DNA from: Phoronis australis
Lineage: Eukaryota; Animalia; Phoronida
Assembly: GCA_002633005.1 (NCBI GenBank)
Contig: NMRA01000087.1
Location: 1-64,000, forward strand
Reading direction: 5' to 3'
DNA length: 64,000 bases
The notes below the pieces were generated by a model. The model searched no databases. It was not told where the DNA came from and saw only the letters and a program-made list of their open reading frames with translations. The number at the start of each line of letters is the position of its first letter. Within the stretch, counting starts at the first letter, position 1. Both the position numbers and the translations under genes were made by a program. Positions 14,101 to 29,100 of the stretch are shown here, in pieces.

Positions 14101-17100
14101 TCGCAAAATAAGGGCACGTTATGTATGACTGTTGCCTCAATGCACTGTATAATGATAATGTTCTTGAGTTGACCAGTGTTTGGTTGAACTCTGTAATAAT
14201 GCAAATGTTTAATATTAATCGAAAATGTGCTGCATGGACTTTGAATCCTACAATTATCTATAATTACAGATCTATACCAAATTACCATGGCATACGCTTA
14301 TTGGAAAAGTGGAAAGAAGAATCAGCTGGCGACCTTTGACCTGTTCTTCAGGAAGAACCCCTTTCATGGGGAGTTCACCCTGTTTGCTGGGCTTGAAGAG
14401 TGCCTGAAATTCCTTAAGTACTTTCACTTCTCCGACTGTGGTAGGTTACTCTCGTGTTTTTTGCGACGTCGTTTTGACGTTTTGGACCCCAAAATAAGAA
14501 TAAAAGTTATAACCACACCAGTATGCACATAGCACTTTAAATTACGAAACGTTTGAAAATTAAATACCAGGCTATGAACCTGGTCAATCCTAACTCATTT
14601 TTAACTAAAGGTGCACATAAAGGTTTCAGTACACACACACAAACACTCTCAAGATGAACATTTTGTACAAGTTTCAACTACTGATTCTGTTGCTACTTGA
14701 ACGGGAAATGGTCACAAGATGAGTGAAAATATTGACTGCTTTTGTATTCTATTTCCTGATCCAAATCGTGTCATAATAGTGGCAGACATGTCATCACTAA
14801 AAATCCTTATGGTGCAACAATAGTTGTGGCATGGAAAAATTAGGCCGCGCCAATAAAGTATTACTGGTGTAATCCGATGTCAATATTTTCTTATAGATAT
14901 GGTTTTTAACTGTATTTTTATCCATATAAATGTGAATAGTAAGTAAAACTCAAGGAAATTGAATTAACTTGGAAAATATGAGGTAACCCAATCTGTATTT
15001 TTACTATAATAACATCGAAAACGGTTACTTTCCTCTTTAAGCTGTGGTGATGTGATCACAATGGCTACTAAGATGGCTGTCAACTTCTGTAGGTAGGCAA
15101 GGAATACAGAACCTTGCCTTCAAATGTGCGAGTGGTCTAGCTGCTGTTAAAACTTCTTTATCATGCAAAGCAATATTTCCAAACTTCTCTTCTTTGCCAA
15201 AAAGCATTCATTGTTGCCTTATATGAAACCTATTTCTGAGCAGTTGGAAGGCACTGTGCTCACAACTTGGTCTAAGCACTTTCTGACCTAACCTGTTTAC
15301 GAGCTGTTGACATTGCTTGGTGCATCTCTCCATTTTTTTCTCAGAATGCGACATTGAAGTCGGTCCATTTCCTATAGTGTGCTTGCTAGTTTGCGTAGTT
15401 GCTTTCACTTGTTTTTGACTAATGTTTTCTTTCAAAACAACAAAACTTTGTTGAAAAGTTCTGTTTAAGAACTCAGTCACAGTTCCTGTGATTTAATCTC
15501 ATGTTTTTCACGGATGTCGAAAACAAGTCAACGACTTTACCATCTATGTTGGAATTTTGCTCCTCACACCTAATTTAGATGAATGAATCTTTTTAGTATC
15601 ATGCTCCTGTACTACAACTTATTACATTTTTGCTTATTGCAATATTTGAATATTTGTTCTATGAAATCTTGTGTTCAAGAAGGAATTATGTAGAGATTTT
15701 GGTAAGAACCGCACTAATTTGTTCTTGTACACCAACATCAGATATCAAACCCTCATTGTTGTTTTGACATTGATCATTTCTAACCATTTATTATGCATTG
15801 GTTTTCATTTTATTTTATTGATGACACTTTCAACAGTGTGATAATTCTAAATGCATGCAGTGCTGCTAAGATTTGATTGCGCATAATTAATACTTCAAAT
15901 GCCGTGCTAAGTACCCGTTAGGCATTCGTCATAATTACTTTGCGCATTTGTGAATGCCTGAGAGCAATTTGAATGCTTTCGCCGATGTATGTCTACCCAG
16001 GTAATAGTGTTGAAATATTGAAAAATCAATCAATTTCCTGTGAACCAAATTTTAGATTCACCAATACCATGTCAAATGTGATGTGTGTATTTACCACCTA
16101 ATTGGAGTCGAAATTTTAGATTGCTTAAACTTCTAGTGCATTGAGAATTTACTTTTATTCGTTACTGATGCATCTGAATCCCATGCGTTCTGCTTCACTG
16201 ATCACTAAAGGCTATCGATCCTTTGAAAAGAGGTGAGATTTCCTTCGCTTCCTGTATGATCCCGTAGAAATGGTGTCAGCCATTGATTTCAAAATAAACT
16301 CATTCGTACACGTGTGGCTAGCAATCTAAACGACCGTTGGAAGTAAATAGGTCAGTCAGTTATGTCAGCTGATCAAAAACGAGTAATTAATGTTTAAAAA
16401 TAAACCTGTCATAACCAACACAAGCTGCTCTTTATGGGTTGACTGTAATCAATATTTCCTAGGAGCCTTTAAAATGTAATGTCGGAATTAAACACGATAA
16501 AGCACTTTTCAAATTAAGAATGATTCAAGTTTGTTCTGAAGACATGTGAGAAGGAACTTTTCACAGTGTAAGATTGTGACAATATAAGCACAAAAAATCG
16601 AAGACCGTGACGCTGATAAAATCGCGCATTCAATGGATTGAATAGATCACAGGCCAATTTCGCAATCAGGATTTGTTTTCATAGACCTTTCATTTTCACA
16701 AGATTGTGCAACATTCAATTGAATTTTGTAAAAATTATTGATGGTGGATTTTATTGTTTTATTTTTGTAAGTGCTAATAAACACTAGCTTTTAATTTTTA
16801 CTTAGATATTAAATCATTCTGTTCAAATCATCTGTAAGCTGCTGCAGTTCAGTTGATTCATAATATATTGTTTTAACTGAACATAAGATATCACTGACTA
16901 GGCTATTGTCCCATTTCAAAACATCGTTTGTCATTAGATTTGGCTTTTCTCAAACTTTGAATTGCGTACTTCAGGTTGCTGGCTTTCACACACATGAAAT
17001 TATTTTTTTCTGTTCAGGTGTGAGGAAAATTTGTTGTTTTAGTTGTTTTTATATAGCTGGTCTGATCAACTTTTCTTATCATAGACATCGATTATTTAAG

Positions 17101-20100
17101 AACCATCCTGCCAAAACACACAGATGAGGATTTCTACACATAAAAATTTTTTTCTGTTCAGGTGTGAGGAAAATTTGTTATTGTATTTGTTTCTTTATAT
17201 ATCTGGTCTCATCAACTTTTCTTATTGTAGACATCGATTATCTAAGAACCATCTTGCCAAAACACACAGACGAGGATTTCTACACATACTTGCGCAATCT
17301 GAACGCTCACGATGTGGTCGTCTACGCTATCCCAGAGGGCACTGTCGTGTTTCCCAAAGTTCCGCTGATGAGATTCGAGGGACCCCTGCCATTGGTACAG
17401 ATTATTGAAACCACCATGTTGAATCTGGTCAACTATGCTAGGTATGTGAAGTAACATCTGCCAGGGCTTGTTTCATGAACTTGTGCTTGAACATTTCCTT
17501 ACAAGCAGGCCTGTTCATGAAATGACTGTTAATATTGGTCAGTTGATTATTTGCAATCATTTTACGACAGATTTCTTGTTTTTTTCATGAATAACAACTT
17601 AGTGTATTTTTAAAGAAAATTGAATTGTGCCTTTTATTTTTGTGAAATTTGTCTTCTAATATTTCTGAACGTGACAGAACTCTTATTTCGATTACCAAAA
17701 AGAACGTCGAAACCGTCACTGCCTTCAATGCTTCAGTGTTTATTGGGATTGGTAAACCCTAGAATAACAAATTAGAGAATGGCACATGTACGCATTGTCT
17801 GCGACTTTTTGATAATGGTGCATGTACGCATTGTCTGTCACGTGATTTGGTTACTGAAATAGAATCCTGCCGTGCTAAGGAATATTGTAAGACCGATTTT
17901 ATGAGAATAAAGTGGTCTAATTCAATTTTTGTTTTTTAAACAGCTGAACTGGGCGAAATGCACCTTCTTAGTGACTCTAACACGCAAACAGCCAGTAATA
18001 AAATGGGTTCCAGTGTAGGATTGAATGCTATGCATCTGTGGTATATTCAAGGGAATGCCACGAAATGGGTGTCAAAATGCATTTCTTGTGTGGTGCTTGT
18101 GGTCAAACTGTAGGTTGCAATATGGTATAGCTTTATCTAGTTTCTGTGACACCTGGTAGCACTGCAGAAGGTTGACAAAGTCAGCAGTGGCTGGCGAAAC
18201 AGTGCTTTAAATTCTCAAGGAAGTTCAGAAAGAATTGTGATTTTCCATGTCAACATGTAGTATAGAGTATACCTTTCTATTATGTCTGTTAGTTTTTGTT
18301 CTTTGTTAATCACTCATGTAGCATACTGAAGTCACTAGGCTTGTGGCTGTGCCTGATGTACTTGTTCCATAGATATTAAAATGGCTGGCAACCTCTGAAG
18401 TGTTACGCTTTGATTTGTATTCTGATTTTATTTTAAAGTAATTTTTATGTGCTTCAGTGATTTGATTATTTTACAGAAATTTTTTCTTTGTCTGGGAACG
18501 ACAAATCAATTTAAATTCTACACTAAGACAAATAGAATTTTATACCAGGAAACATGTTTGCACAATTAATGATTTCCCAGCTGTAGTCATCATGGAACAA
18601 ATGGTGGCTGACAACAGACTCTAACGCTGTTGAAACACTAAAATCAATTCATAACAGCGTGCTAACGAATAAAAGCAAAATGTCAGAATGATTCTCAGTG
18701 AATATAATATTCTTATTGATTTTCAAATTTTGTCTGCTCCTGGAATTGTGCTATGCGTGCTACATTTACTAAATATTTTGCAGTCTTGCGGCTACCAATG
18801 CGGCCCGGTTCCGGCTCGCTGCTGGACCCAACATCAAATTGCTGGAGTTTGGTTTGCGACGAGCCCAGGGTCCCGACGGTGGGTTGTCAGCCTCGCGATA
18901 CTGCTACTTAGGGGGTAAGGTGATACGCGTGATGTGTATTCATTCAGTCGCGTGAGGCCAGAATACGCAGGATTTTGTGAGGTTTCACCATGATGTACAA
19001 GAGGATAATGTAATTTCACTTGCCTTTATTCGCACGCTCTTGCTTTTTGAGTAAAGGCTGGGAAACTTAGGTAGCATGCCTGATATCACACATTTGCTGG
19101 ATTCACCACCACATCTCGGATTTGAAATTGGTGATTGTGACTTAACCTGAACTTTCATACTAATGCCAACGCGTCGGTAATAGTCCGATATAACATGCCC
19201 ATATTTTGAGAACCAGTTTAATGCCCATTATTCAGTAGAGAAAACTGGTTCTCAAAATGCGGGCATGTTGTATCTGGCTATTAAGCAATGTTTCAATGTA
19301 AACAGATTAGACGCTGGTGTAAACAGAGCAATAGATTTTAGATATGATGTTATCACATCATCATCTCGATGCAATTGTACAATGTCATGCACTTTGTCAA
19401 TCTGCAGAGACAACAGCCTAAGTACCCATAAATTTTACTATTGACATTTGGACAGGTTGTTGCAGACATAATGGTTTCAATCGGTGGCAAAATGAACTGC
19501 TTAAAGATAAGGCAGTGAATGGCAGTTTGTAGATATGGCGTGAAATGATCGCCCATATTTCTGTTATTTTGCAATGATGGTTTCTATCTTGCCACCTTGA
19601 GTTTAGACCTATGGTTGACATGGAACAAGATGATCAGGCACAACTTGCCCTTACCTCAGAAACGGTTGACAAAAGTTGTCACCATTGTCAGTTTGTTCCG
19701 TATCAGTTCTATTTGCACACATACTCGTTCCATGTCAGTGGCTCTGTGTCAGTTGCGTCGTGTCAACTAGTGTCCTGTAAATGCAACATAAGTCTAATCT
19801 GCTTCTTGTAGCCGTCTACATTAGTGTGGGGCACTAATTTCGGTAATTTCTCTGCTAGGTTTTGATGGTACGAGTAACGTGTTAGCTGGAAAACTGTACG
19901 ATATTCCCGTCAAAGGCACCCATGCCCACGCCTTCGTAACGTCGTACATAGGCCTGCCCAATCTCGACGTCAAGGTGAGCCTATGCTTTTTGTTTGACAA
20001 GTTTGCAGTGCCATTTCTGTTCCTGTTTGCACTGTTGTGAAATTTGGTCACAAGGATACGTATTAAAAAAGTTATGGAATGTTTCTTTGAATGGATGGCA

Positions 20101-23100
20101 CAAATTATTTTTAAGATCGAATGATTTTTTATTCTGAAGAACCATTTTGTAAAAAATTACTTAACAGTTGTAAGTTAAATGCTGTGTGTTTGTTTGCCAC
20201 TCTTTATATCAATGTGGGAGTGTATTGGTGATATGCTTCTTGTCTTGAGGTGCATGATGGAAATTTTTCTCTCTTAGCAATTGTCCATCTAAGGGCTGTT
20301 CCAGTAAGATCTGTAGGGAAGGGGGGGGGAAGGCACCTTTTTTTTCACACCCACCACCCATATTTTTCATATATTTCTTCAGCCCAACACCTGTAATTTT
20401 TTATAAGTTTGAAATGCAACCTCCCGTAATTTTTTGTGTTGTTCTTGTGGTTGACTGCACAGGCGCTTGAGTTTATCTGTTCCTTGATCGCCACTGACGT
20501 CATTCATTACTAAGAAAACATATGCGTCTTATATATGGTTATTACTAATTTAGCCATCGAGAAATTCAAGCGCCTGTGGTTGACTGGTGTTATGGGCATG
20601 CTGATGGGGAGATCAGAGGGAGTGAAAAAGTCCGAGCTTTTTGCAAGTTGCATTTTTGTTTTAGTTGTTGATTCTGTGCGGATTGTTTATAAAACATACT
20701 GAAATTACCCACCATCAAACATTTATGGCCCAATGAAACAACAAGGACCTGTAAATTTTTTTTTTTGAAGTACAACCACCAGTCATTTTGAATTTAAATC
20801 AAACGCAACCACTCATAAATTTTTATTTCATTTGCCTTCCCCCCACTCACGGATTTTACTGGAACAGCCCTAATCCAAGCTCACACAATGTTCATTCTGG
20901 CATGTTTTTGAAAGAACTGGCTGAAGTACCCATATGGGGAAAATTCCACGACAGATTAAATTACTCATTGACCTTTTTACGGATAGCGAAATTCAATACA
21001 TAACCCAGAGCGTAGATTTGTACGATACCTGTCGTCCTATCAGAATCCAGGAAGTGTTTGCCTACTTGATAAACAAAGAGCTTGATATTGGATAGATGCT
21101 ACGACTGTTTATTTATGGTAAACGGAATTTCTTGCTGCTTGAAGCGCTCTGTAGCTAGATAGAGATTGGCACTGTTCCTTTGGATGACTGGTATCCTACA
21201 TACAATGCTCTGTGAACACCTGTGTACCATATGCATTTAGCATGTGTTTTCATATAAAAATACAGATTAAAGTATGAATAGCACGCATGAATGAATAGTA
21301 CGCAAGAACGAATAGTACGCAAAAATGAATAGTAAACAACTACTCACTGGTTGCAAAAAACGTGAATCAGAACAGCTTAGTTGACTTGCTGATTTGTTAC
21401 TATTGTGGTATGTAAGACTTCCATCGGTGGATTTCGGGTTATTAGGCGTCTTTTATTTTCCTAAAAATTACATAATGAATGTTTGGTGACATTCACCCTA
21501 TAGTGTTAGAAAGCACTTCTCTGATTGGTTGATTATCCATACTGACTTTGGCTGAGACAAACATGGCAGTGGTACTGTCAAAATGGCTAAGAGTAGAATT
21601 GAGATTTATTTTTGGAGGCTGGAGGCAGAGATTATATCCTTTTTGACGTATTATTTTGAAAATGGCTCACTGCCACGCAGAATTGATCATCAATGGTTTA
21701 TGACAAGTTGTGCAAAACTTCTTTCGTGCACTCACGTGGTGGTAGTATCGACTACTTTGGCACGAAATTGTCTGGGGAAATGCATGTCAAACTCCCGCAT
21801 GCTGGTAACTACGGTGGAAGTGGACACGCGTTCAATCTTCAATCCACATCTTGACTGGTCCAGCTGCATATCAACGATTTCATCAGTAGTGTTCTGAGAA
21901 CCAGTTTTCTTCCATTGAATATTGGGCAGTAAACTAGTTCTCAAAATATTTGACCAGTTTTAGTGACTGGTACTTTTTTATCAACCAGCAGCCCCGTTTT
22001 GTTTTGGCAGCGTTTTGTGAACCCCGCGGTAGATAGGCCATAGAGGTCAATTCAAGGTCGTAGTCGTGTTTTTGAACTTGCATCATTTTGTGTGATATGC
22101 TGAGTATCATTATTGGTTCTACATCTCATTTCAATGGATAAAGTTGTTTGAAAGGTAAGAAACTGTAGAGGTACCAACTTAATACTCAGTGCCAATGACG
22201 TTCCTCTCAAAAGGCCACTTTTCAGAGTGCGAATTTTCAGAAAAGTATGCAAATCTAATATTATGTAAAACACTTCAAAGCAGTTAGGGTGGTGCACAGG
22301 TCTGTTTGTGTGTACACGGCATCTCACGCTATCCATAAAAAGGACTCGGTTGCTGGTGAAACAATGGTACCCTTTTTAAAATGAAAAGAATGTTAATGTT
22401 TGTGTTTGTCTGTTCCCTCTTCTAATACCTTTAAACCTGTTAGATGTTCATCGAAGCATAGAACTAATTTGTATTTTTCCTCTTAGCATTTTGGTGCCAA
22501 GGTAAATCAAACAACCCACCGGAAATCCTGTTTCACACCTGTCACTTCACCTGTGCTTTCATCTGTTGTTCCTCGCCATGTAACATTGCCCTGGTATTTC
22601 TCAATGTGCACTATGGCTTTCTGGTGTCACTTTGTGTGAAAATGGCTGTGTAAAAACTTCTCTCGTCACTTCGAAGCTTTTCTGGTCCTCAGACATTTTT
22701 GAGATTTACATTTTCAAAAATAGCATTTACGCTTATTAGGTTAGGCATTAAGTTATTCTCTAAGTGTGTTTAGATTTTCTAAAATTAATGTTGTCAGTTA
22801 AGAACCGTGTTGTTTTCAAATTTTAAATTGCGCAATATGACTAAAATTACCGTCTTATCGAGCGGCTCCTAAAACATTGATGATTCTTGTCATGTAGACA
22901 CGTGTTTACTGTGATTGCTAAAAATTGACAAAGCAAGAAATATTGGTTCTTCCAAGAAACTGTTTCTCGACAGAATGTGTTGTATCTCTTTGCCATTGTG
23001 TTGTAAGCCATTTTTGGAGTTATACTATGGGGAGTTGCCTTAAAGTTATGTTGACCAAGGACAATTTGCTTTGCTCGGCTAAAATGTGTTACAATGTATG

Positions 23101-26100
23101 ACCCTCACACTTCCTGGCCTCGCGCACACTTGCATCATCAAAAGTCTAATTGATTCAAAACTTGTTGAGTTTCTCTTCAGTTGTCACCCAATTTTTCTGA
23201 ATCATACATCACACCTAAGTGTTTATATTTTCATTTTTTCTTGGACATTTAAAAAGACCATATTGGAATTTTTGTGTTGTTTTATTCATACAAGTAGTAT
23301 CTTAACTGCATTCAATACTTGCTATCCAAAATAGAATAACTTGTATTGTTTTGTTTTTGTTCATGTATTAGCCTAGAAATCCATTCTGTAATCACTGAAG
23401 AAGTTTTTATCCAGTATAAATAATCTTTGCTATTATTACCACTACTACTACTCCATTTGTTCATTTTTTTGCGCATTTTCAAGTGACATAATTCTAATAT
23501 GAATGGTCATTTTCTGACCTAAATGCAAAATGGTTGCAAACACGTTTAATCTCTCCACTGAACCGCTATCCCAATGAGAAGTTTAGACATGTTTCTCTAC
23601 CTTGCACTGTTGCACTGGTAAGATTTCCCTTTGAATTCGTTGTGAAGCAATTTTTCAGTTCCACTTCTCGTTTTTTTCCTCGGAAGCTTTCTAGTTAGTA
23701 GTTATTCAAACACTCGTGTTGTACTATGTAGTGACTGTCACAACAACACAACTGTACGCTGAACAAAATACCATTCTGGCATTTTTACATATTTTCATTT
23801 TGCAAATATTTTCAAGATAAGAAAATTTTTCTTGTTAATCAGTTATATATTGCAGAAGATAGTTATATCTCAATGGAAATCTAGAAAATTGTGGATAACA
23901 ACTGAAATGGGTACATCTTTGTGGTGACTGTTTTGTGCTTATCGTTTCACTGTAGTTGCAATTTTGTCTCTTGCCAGACCCTGAAAAATAGTGACGGCTC
24001 CAAAGAAGTGGATTTTGTTGAACTTTGTCTGCAGAATCTTGAACAAGTCGCACCAGCACTTGGTATGTAATGAAAGCGCCGTGTGATTTTGTGGTCCAGG
24101 TTTATAGTAGGCTTTTGTATATTTGTGTGACCAGTAATAAATTGTGTTTACAGTCAACCACATGTTCTGATTCATGAAAAATGACTAAGAGTAAAGTCAG
24201 AAATTTGGTCTCATGCTGCACACCTGTTTCTGAAAAATTATTAAATCTCACTTGAACCAAGGAGCAAAGTCGGTAAGAATATGCAAACACAATCGCCAGT
24301 TTCCATGACTATTTCTAGACTGATGTGCTAATAACTACTTCACAAAACTTTTATTCAGCTACTGGGAAGTGGGAGCGTAGACCAAATTTCAGTCTTCATT
24401 CTTTAGTCATATTTCATGAAACTACCCTCAAGTATTTTGTTACTCGGTGGAATCGTCCACGTGTGTGATAATAACGAGGACGAGAAACACAAGGAAACGG
24501 ATTCAAATTTTGCATATGATTTGATATTTAAATCAAATGTTTATTTATTTGGAGTCTTGTTTGTTTGTGTGTCAAGTTTCCGTGTAAAGCATAGCCTGTC
24601 TATATCCTGATAATAAATACGTTTGATCTTAGTTTTGTTTAAGTGTAGTTGTGAAACAAATGCCAGAATGTGAGTGGAGAAATGAGTGGGTGAGCTGAGA
24701 TGTTGCTTTTGTCATCTTTTGTACAAGTTGCTTAGAAATAAATGTTTCGGCCAAATTGCTTAGTTACACGAGTTAGTGTTAAATGTTTCAGCTGAAATCT
24801 TTTTGTAGGAATTCTGAAGGAGGAGGCATCTGATGGTGAGCTGGCTGCATTCATATCGTATGCCGCAGCTTTCCCCGATGGCTTCCTGGCATTAGTTGAC
24901 ACTTATGATGTCATCAGGTACGAGACTGCTGTTGAAGCTTACCACCCAGAGATTGTCAGCATGATCTTAATCATATTTATGTGTGCAAGTTGTTGTGGCT
25001 TAAAATGTACTCTTTGGTTAAGGAGATTACTTTAAGATATCAAGCTAAGTTGACCTTTGGTCAGGGCTGCAGTCTGTAAATGCGCGACACTTGTGAAACA
25101 TTTATGGCAACAAATCCTCATTCAAGGAACTGAAACCTTGTATTTCCCCCCCAATTCAACATTGCAGTATGGCTGACCAGTCACTTCAGTTGTGCTCATT
25201 CTCCTTGTCGACTTTGCAAGGTCCCGATCTTACTTGCAAAACAGAAATGCTCGATTTTTACTCTACTGATTTTGTGCGGCCATGCATTATCTCACTTATT
25301 GTACATGTCTTTGAATAGTGTTCTACGGATTGCACTCATTTGTGAATTGCAGTCATTTTATTCATAAGCATTTTGAACTGCTGATACAAATTAAACATAT
25401 CTTAAAGTTTTGTGGTTTGTCTCTCGAAGAATATTTCGAAAATAGCAAGTCTAATTTTCAACCACTTAGTAAACTTCATGGAATTCTGAAGGCTCAAGGA
25501 AGTAAATGGTAATTGAGGGCTTAATGGCTTTCTGTATGAATATCAAGTTTTCCTTATTGTCTGAATTTATGCCTGGTTTGCATTTTCACAGTTTTTGCTG
25601 CTCTGAAAAAATAATCCACTGCTGGACCCATATTCAAATTTACAACTCCAAATCGTTTCTGACATTTTCTGTTTTACTACAAAGTTGACATAAGTGACAG
25701 TCTATAACTGTATGCTTGATTATGTTTCGGTCCAAGTTGGCGGGTGATGACCCCCTATACTTGAGCTACAATCACAAATTCAAGCTAGAGTTCAGACTTG
25801 GAACGTGTTGCTTTAAAGCTGGTGTCATCAGGTGTGAACTAAAATTAGACATTCATCTTTGTAAATGGTAATGTACTCCAGCACAGAATAATAGGACACT
25901 TATGTTAAGTTTGTGGCTGGAATGTTCTCGGGTAATGAATTTAATGGATTATCAAAAATGATAGAATTTTGCTTACTAGTACTGTCTGTGAATACCTTTT
26001 GAAAAAAGGAAAGAAGTCCGATTCCTTGAAATCTGTTTGTTTTTCATTATTGCGGAAAACCAGTATCACTAATTTACAAATAATCTTGGTTCGTTTCAAT

Positions 26101-29100
26101 CCAGGCTCCAACTGAATTCAAGAATAGTGTGAAAGTTTCATTTAGCCTCCTGGGGTAAAGAATCGTGTGACATCACAGCATCAGAAAGGAAAAGGTCCTG
26201 ATTAGGACTATGTCAAAATCTGAAAAAACTTAGATATCTCGACATACTGGGGGTATTGTAATTAAATTTTGAAAAATATTTTCTCTTTGGCAAAGCACCA
26301 GAGTGAAGTTTTTGCCATGATCTAGTATGTCTCAGCTTAACGTACTCATTACATTGCATTGTTTGCTATTAGGAGTGGAATCCCCAACTTTGTCGCTGTC
26401 AGCCTGGCCCTGGACAGTATCGGTTACAGAGCTGTGGGCATCCGACTGGACAGTGGGGACTTGTCTTATTTGTCTAATGAGGTCAGGAAGATATTTCAAA
26501 AAGTGGCCGAAACGTAAGTGCAACCGAACCTGGACTTGAGTCTAATCAATCATTTCACAATGTTTTTGTAGAGAGAACAGCAAGGTAGCCTGAAATTTTT
26601 GCTGTCTGTAAACAAGAACATTAAGCATTTTAACTGATTTTTTTTTGCAAACATTGTTGACTGTTGCTGCTGAACCCTCTTCGTTATTTGGGGCAGTTGC
26701 ATTTCGATCAGTCTAATAATGTTGAAGTTATTACAACAGTTAGGGTAATTAAGGCGACATACTTTTTGTTTAAGGGTGCACTTGTGACATGATCTTTGAC
26801 ATCGGGCAACGGACTTCCAGCTCACTTACAAAATTACGCAACTTGTTAATAGATAGGTTGCCAATGCCATGTGGACAGTGATACTTAGGGATAAAACAAA
26901 TTCTCTCCATTTGTTTGTCACAAGACAATGGTTGTTTCTTGAACAGGTTGTTGTATTTTACCCTTGAAGCTGAAAATCATCATGAAAGATGCAGTAATTC
27001 TCGACTTATTTCATACAAAAATAATTACCAAAATTNNNNNNNNNNNNNNNNNNNNNNNNNNNNNNNNNNNNNNNNNNNNNCCTTGTATTTCCCCCACAAT
27101 TCAACATTGCAGTATGGCTGATCAGTCACTTCAGTTGTGCTTATTCTCTTTGTCGACTTTAGCAAGGTCCCGATCTTACTTGCAAAACAGAAACGCTCGG
27201 GTTTTTACTACATTGATTTTGTGCGGCCATGCATTATCTCACTTATTTTACATGTCTTTGAATAGTGTTCTACGGATTGCACTCATTTGTAAATTGCAGT
27301 CATTTTATTCATAAGCATTTTGAACTGCTGATACAAATTAACCATATCTTAAAGTTTTGTGGTTTGTCTCTCGAAGAATATTTCGAAAGTAGCAAGTCTA
27401 ATTTTCAACCATTTAGTAAACTTCATGGAATTCTCAAAGCTCAAGGAAGTAAATGGTAATTGAGTGCTTAATGGCTTTCTGTATGAATATCAATTTTTCC
27501 TTATTGTCTGAATTTATGCCTGGTTTGCATTTTCACAGTTTTTGCTGCTCTGAAAAAATAATCCACTGCTGGACCCGTGTTCAGATTTACAACCCAAATC
27601 GTTTCTGACATTCTCTGTTTTACTACAAACTTGACATAAGTGACAGTCTATAATGGTATGCTTGATTACGTTTCGGTCCAAGTTGGCGGGTGATGACCCC
27701 TATACTTGAGCTACAAACACAAATTCAAGCTGGAGTTCAGACTTGGAACGTGTTGCTTTAATGCTGGTGTCATCAGGTGTGAACTAAAATTAGACATTCA
27801 TCTTTGTAAATGGTAATGTACTCGAGCACAGAATAATAGGATACTTATGTTAAGTTTGTGGCTGGAATGTTCTCGGGTAATAAATATAATGGATTACCAA
27901 AAATGATAGAATTTTGCTCACTAGTACTGAATAATTTATGTGAATACCTTTTGAAAAAAGGAAAGAAGTCTGATTCCTTGAAATCTCTTTGTTTTTCATT
28001 ATTGCGGAAAACCAGTATCACTAATTTACGAACAATCTTGGTTCGTTTCAATCCAGGCTCCAACTGAATTCAAGAATAGTGTGAAAGTTTCATTTAGCCT
28101 CCTGGGGTAAAGAATCGTGTGACATCACAGCATTAGAAAGGAAAAGGTCCTGATTAAGACTTGCACAGTTTATGTCAAAATCTGAAAAAGCTTAGATATC
28201 TCGACATACTGGGGGTATTGTAATTAAATTTTGAAAAATATTTTCTCTTTGGCAAAGCACCAGAGTGAAGTTTTTGCCATGATCTAGTTTGGCTCAACTT
28301 TACGTACTCATTACATTGCATTGTTTGCTATTAGGAGTGGAATCCCCAACTTTGTCGCTGTCAGCCTGGCCCTGGACAGTATTGGTTACAGAGCTGTGGG
28401 CATCCGACTGGACAGTGGGGACTTGTCTTATCTGTCTAATGAGGTCAGGAAGATATTTCAAAAAGTGGCCGAAACGTAAGTGCAACCGAACCTGGACTTG
28501 AGTCTAATCAATCATTTCACAATGTTTTTGTAGAGAGAACAGCAAGGTAGCCTGAAATTTTTGCTGTCTGTAAACAGGAACATTAAGCATTTTAACTGAT
28601 TTTTTTTGCAAACTTTGTTGACTGTTGCTGCTGAACCCTCTTCGTTATTTGGGGCAGTTGCATTTCGATCAGTCTAATAATGTTGAAGTTATTACAACAG
28701 TTAGGGTAATTAAGGCGACATACTTTTTGTTTAAGGGTGCACTTGTGACATGATCTTTGACATCGGGTAACGGACTTCCAGCTCACTTACAAAATTACGC
28801 AACTTGTTGATAGATAGGTAGCCAATGCCATGTGGACAGTGATACTTAGGGATAAAACAAATTCTCTCCATTTGTTTGTCACAAGACAATGGTTGTTTCT
28901 TGAACAGGTTGTTGTATTTTACCCTTGAAGCTGAAAATCATCATGAAAGATGCAGTAATTCTCGACTTATTTCATACAAAAATAATTACCAAAATTTCCA
29001 ATTTTGTAAGGCTCATTACCTTGTGATGGAAACTTCATCAAATATTGTTCTATGACATCTACACAGTACACAACAAGCTAAAGAACTAACGTTTTCTTAA

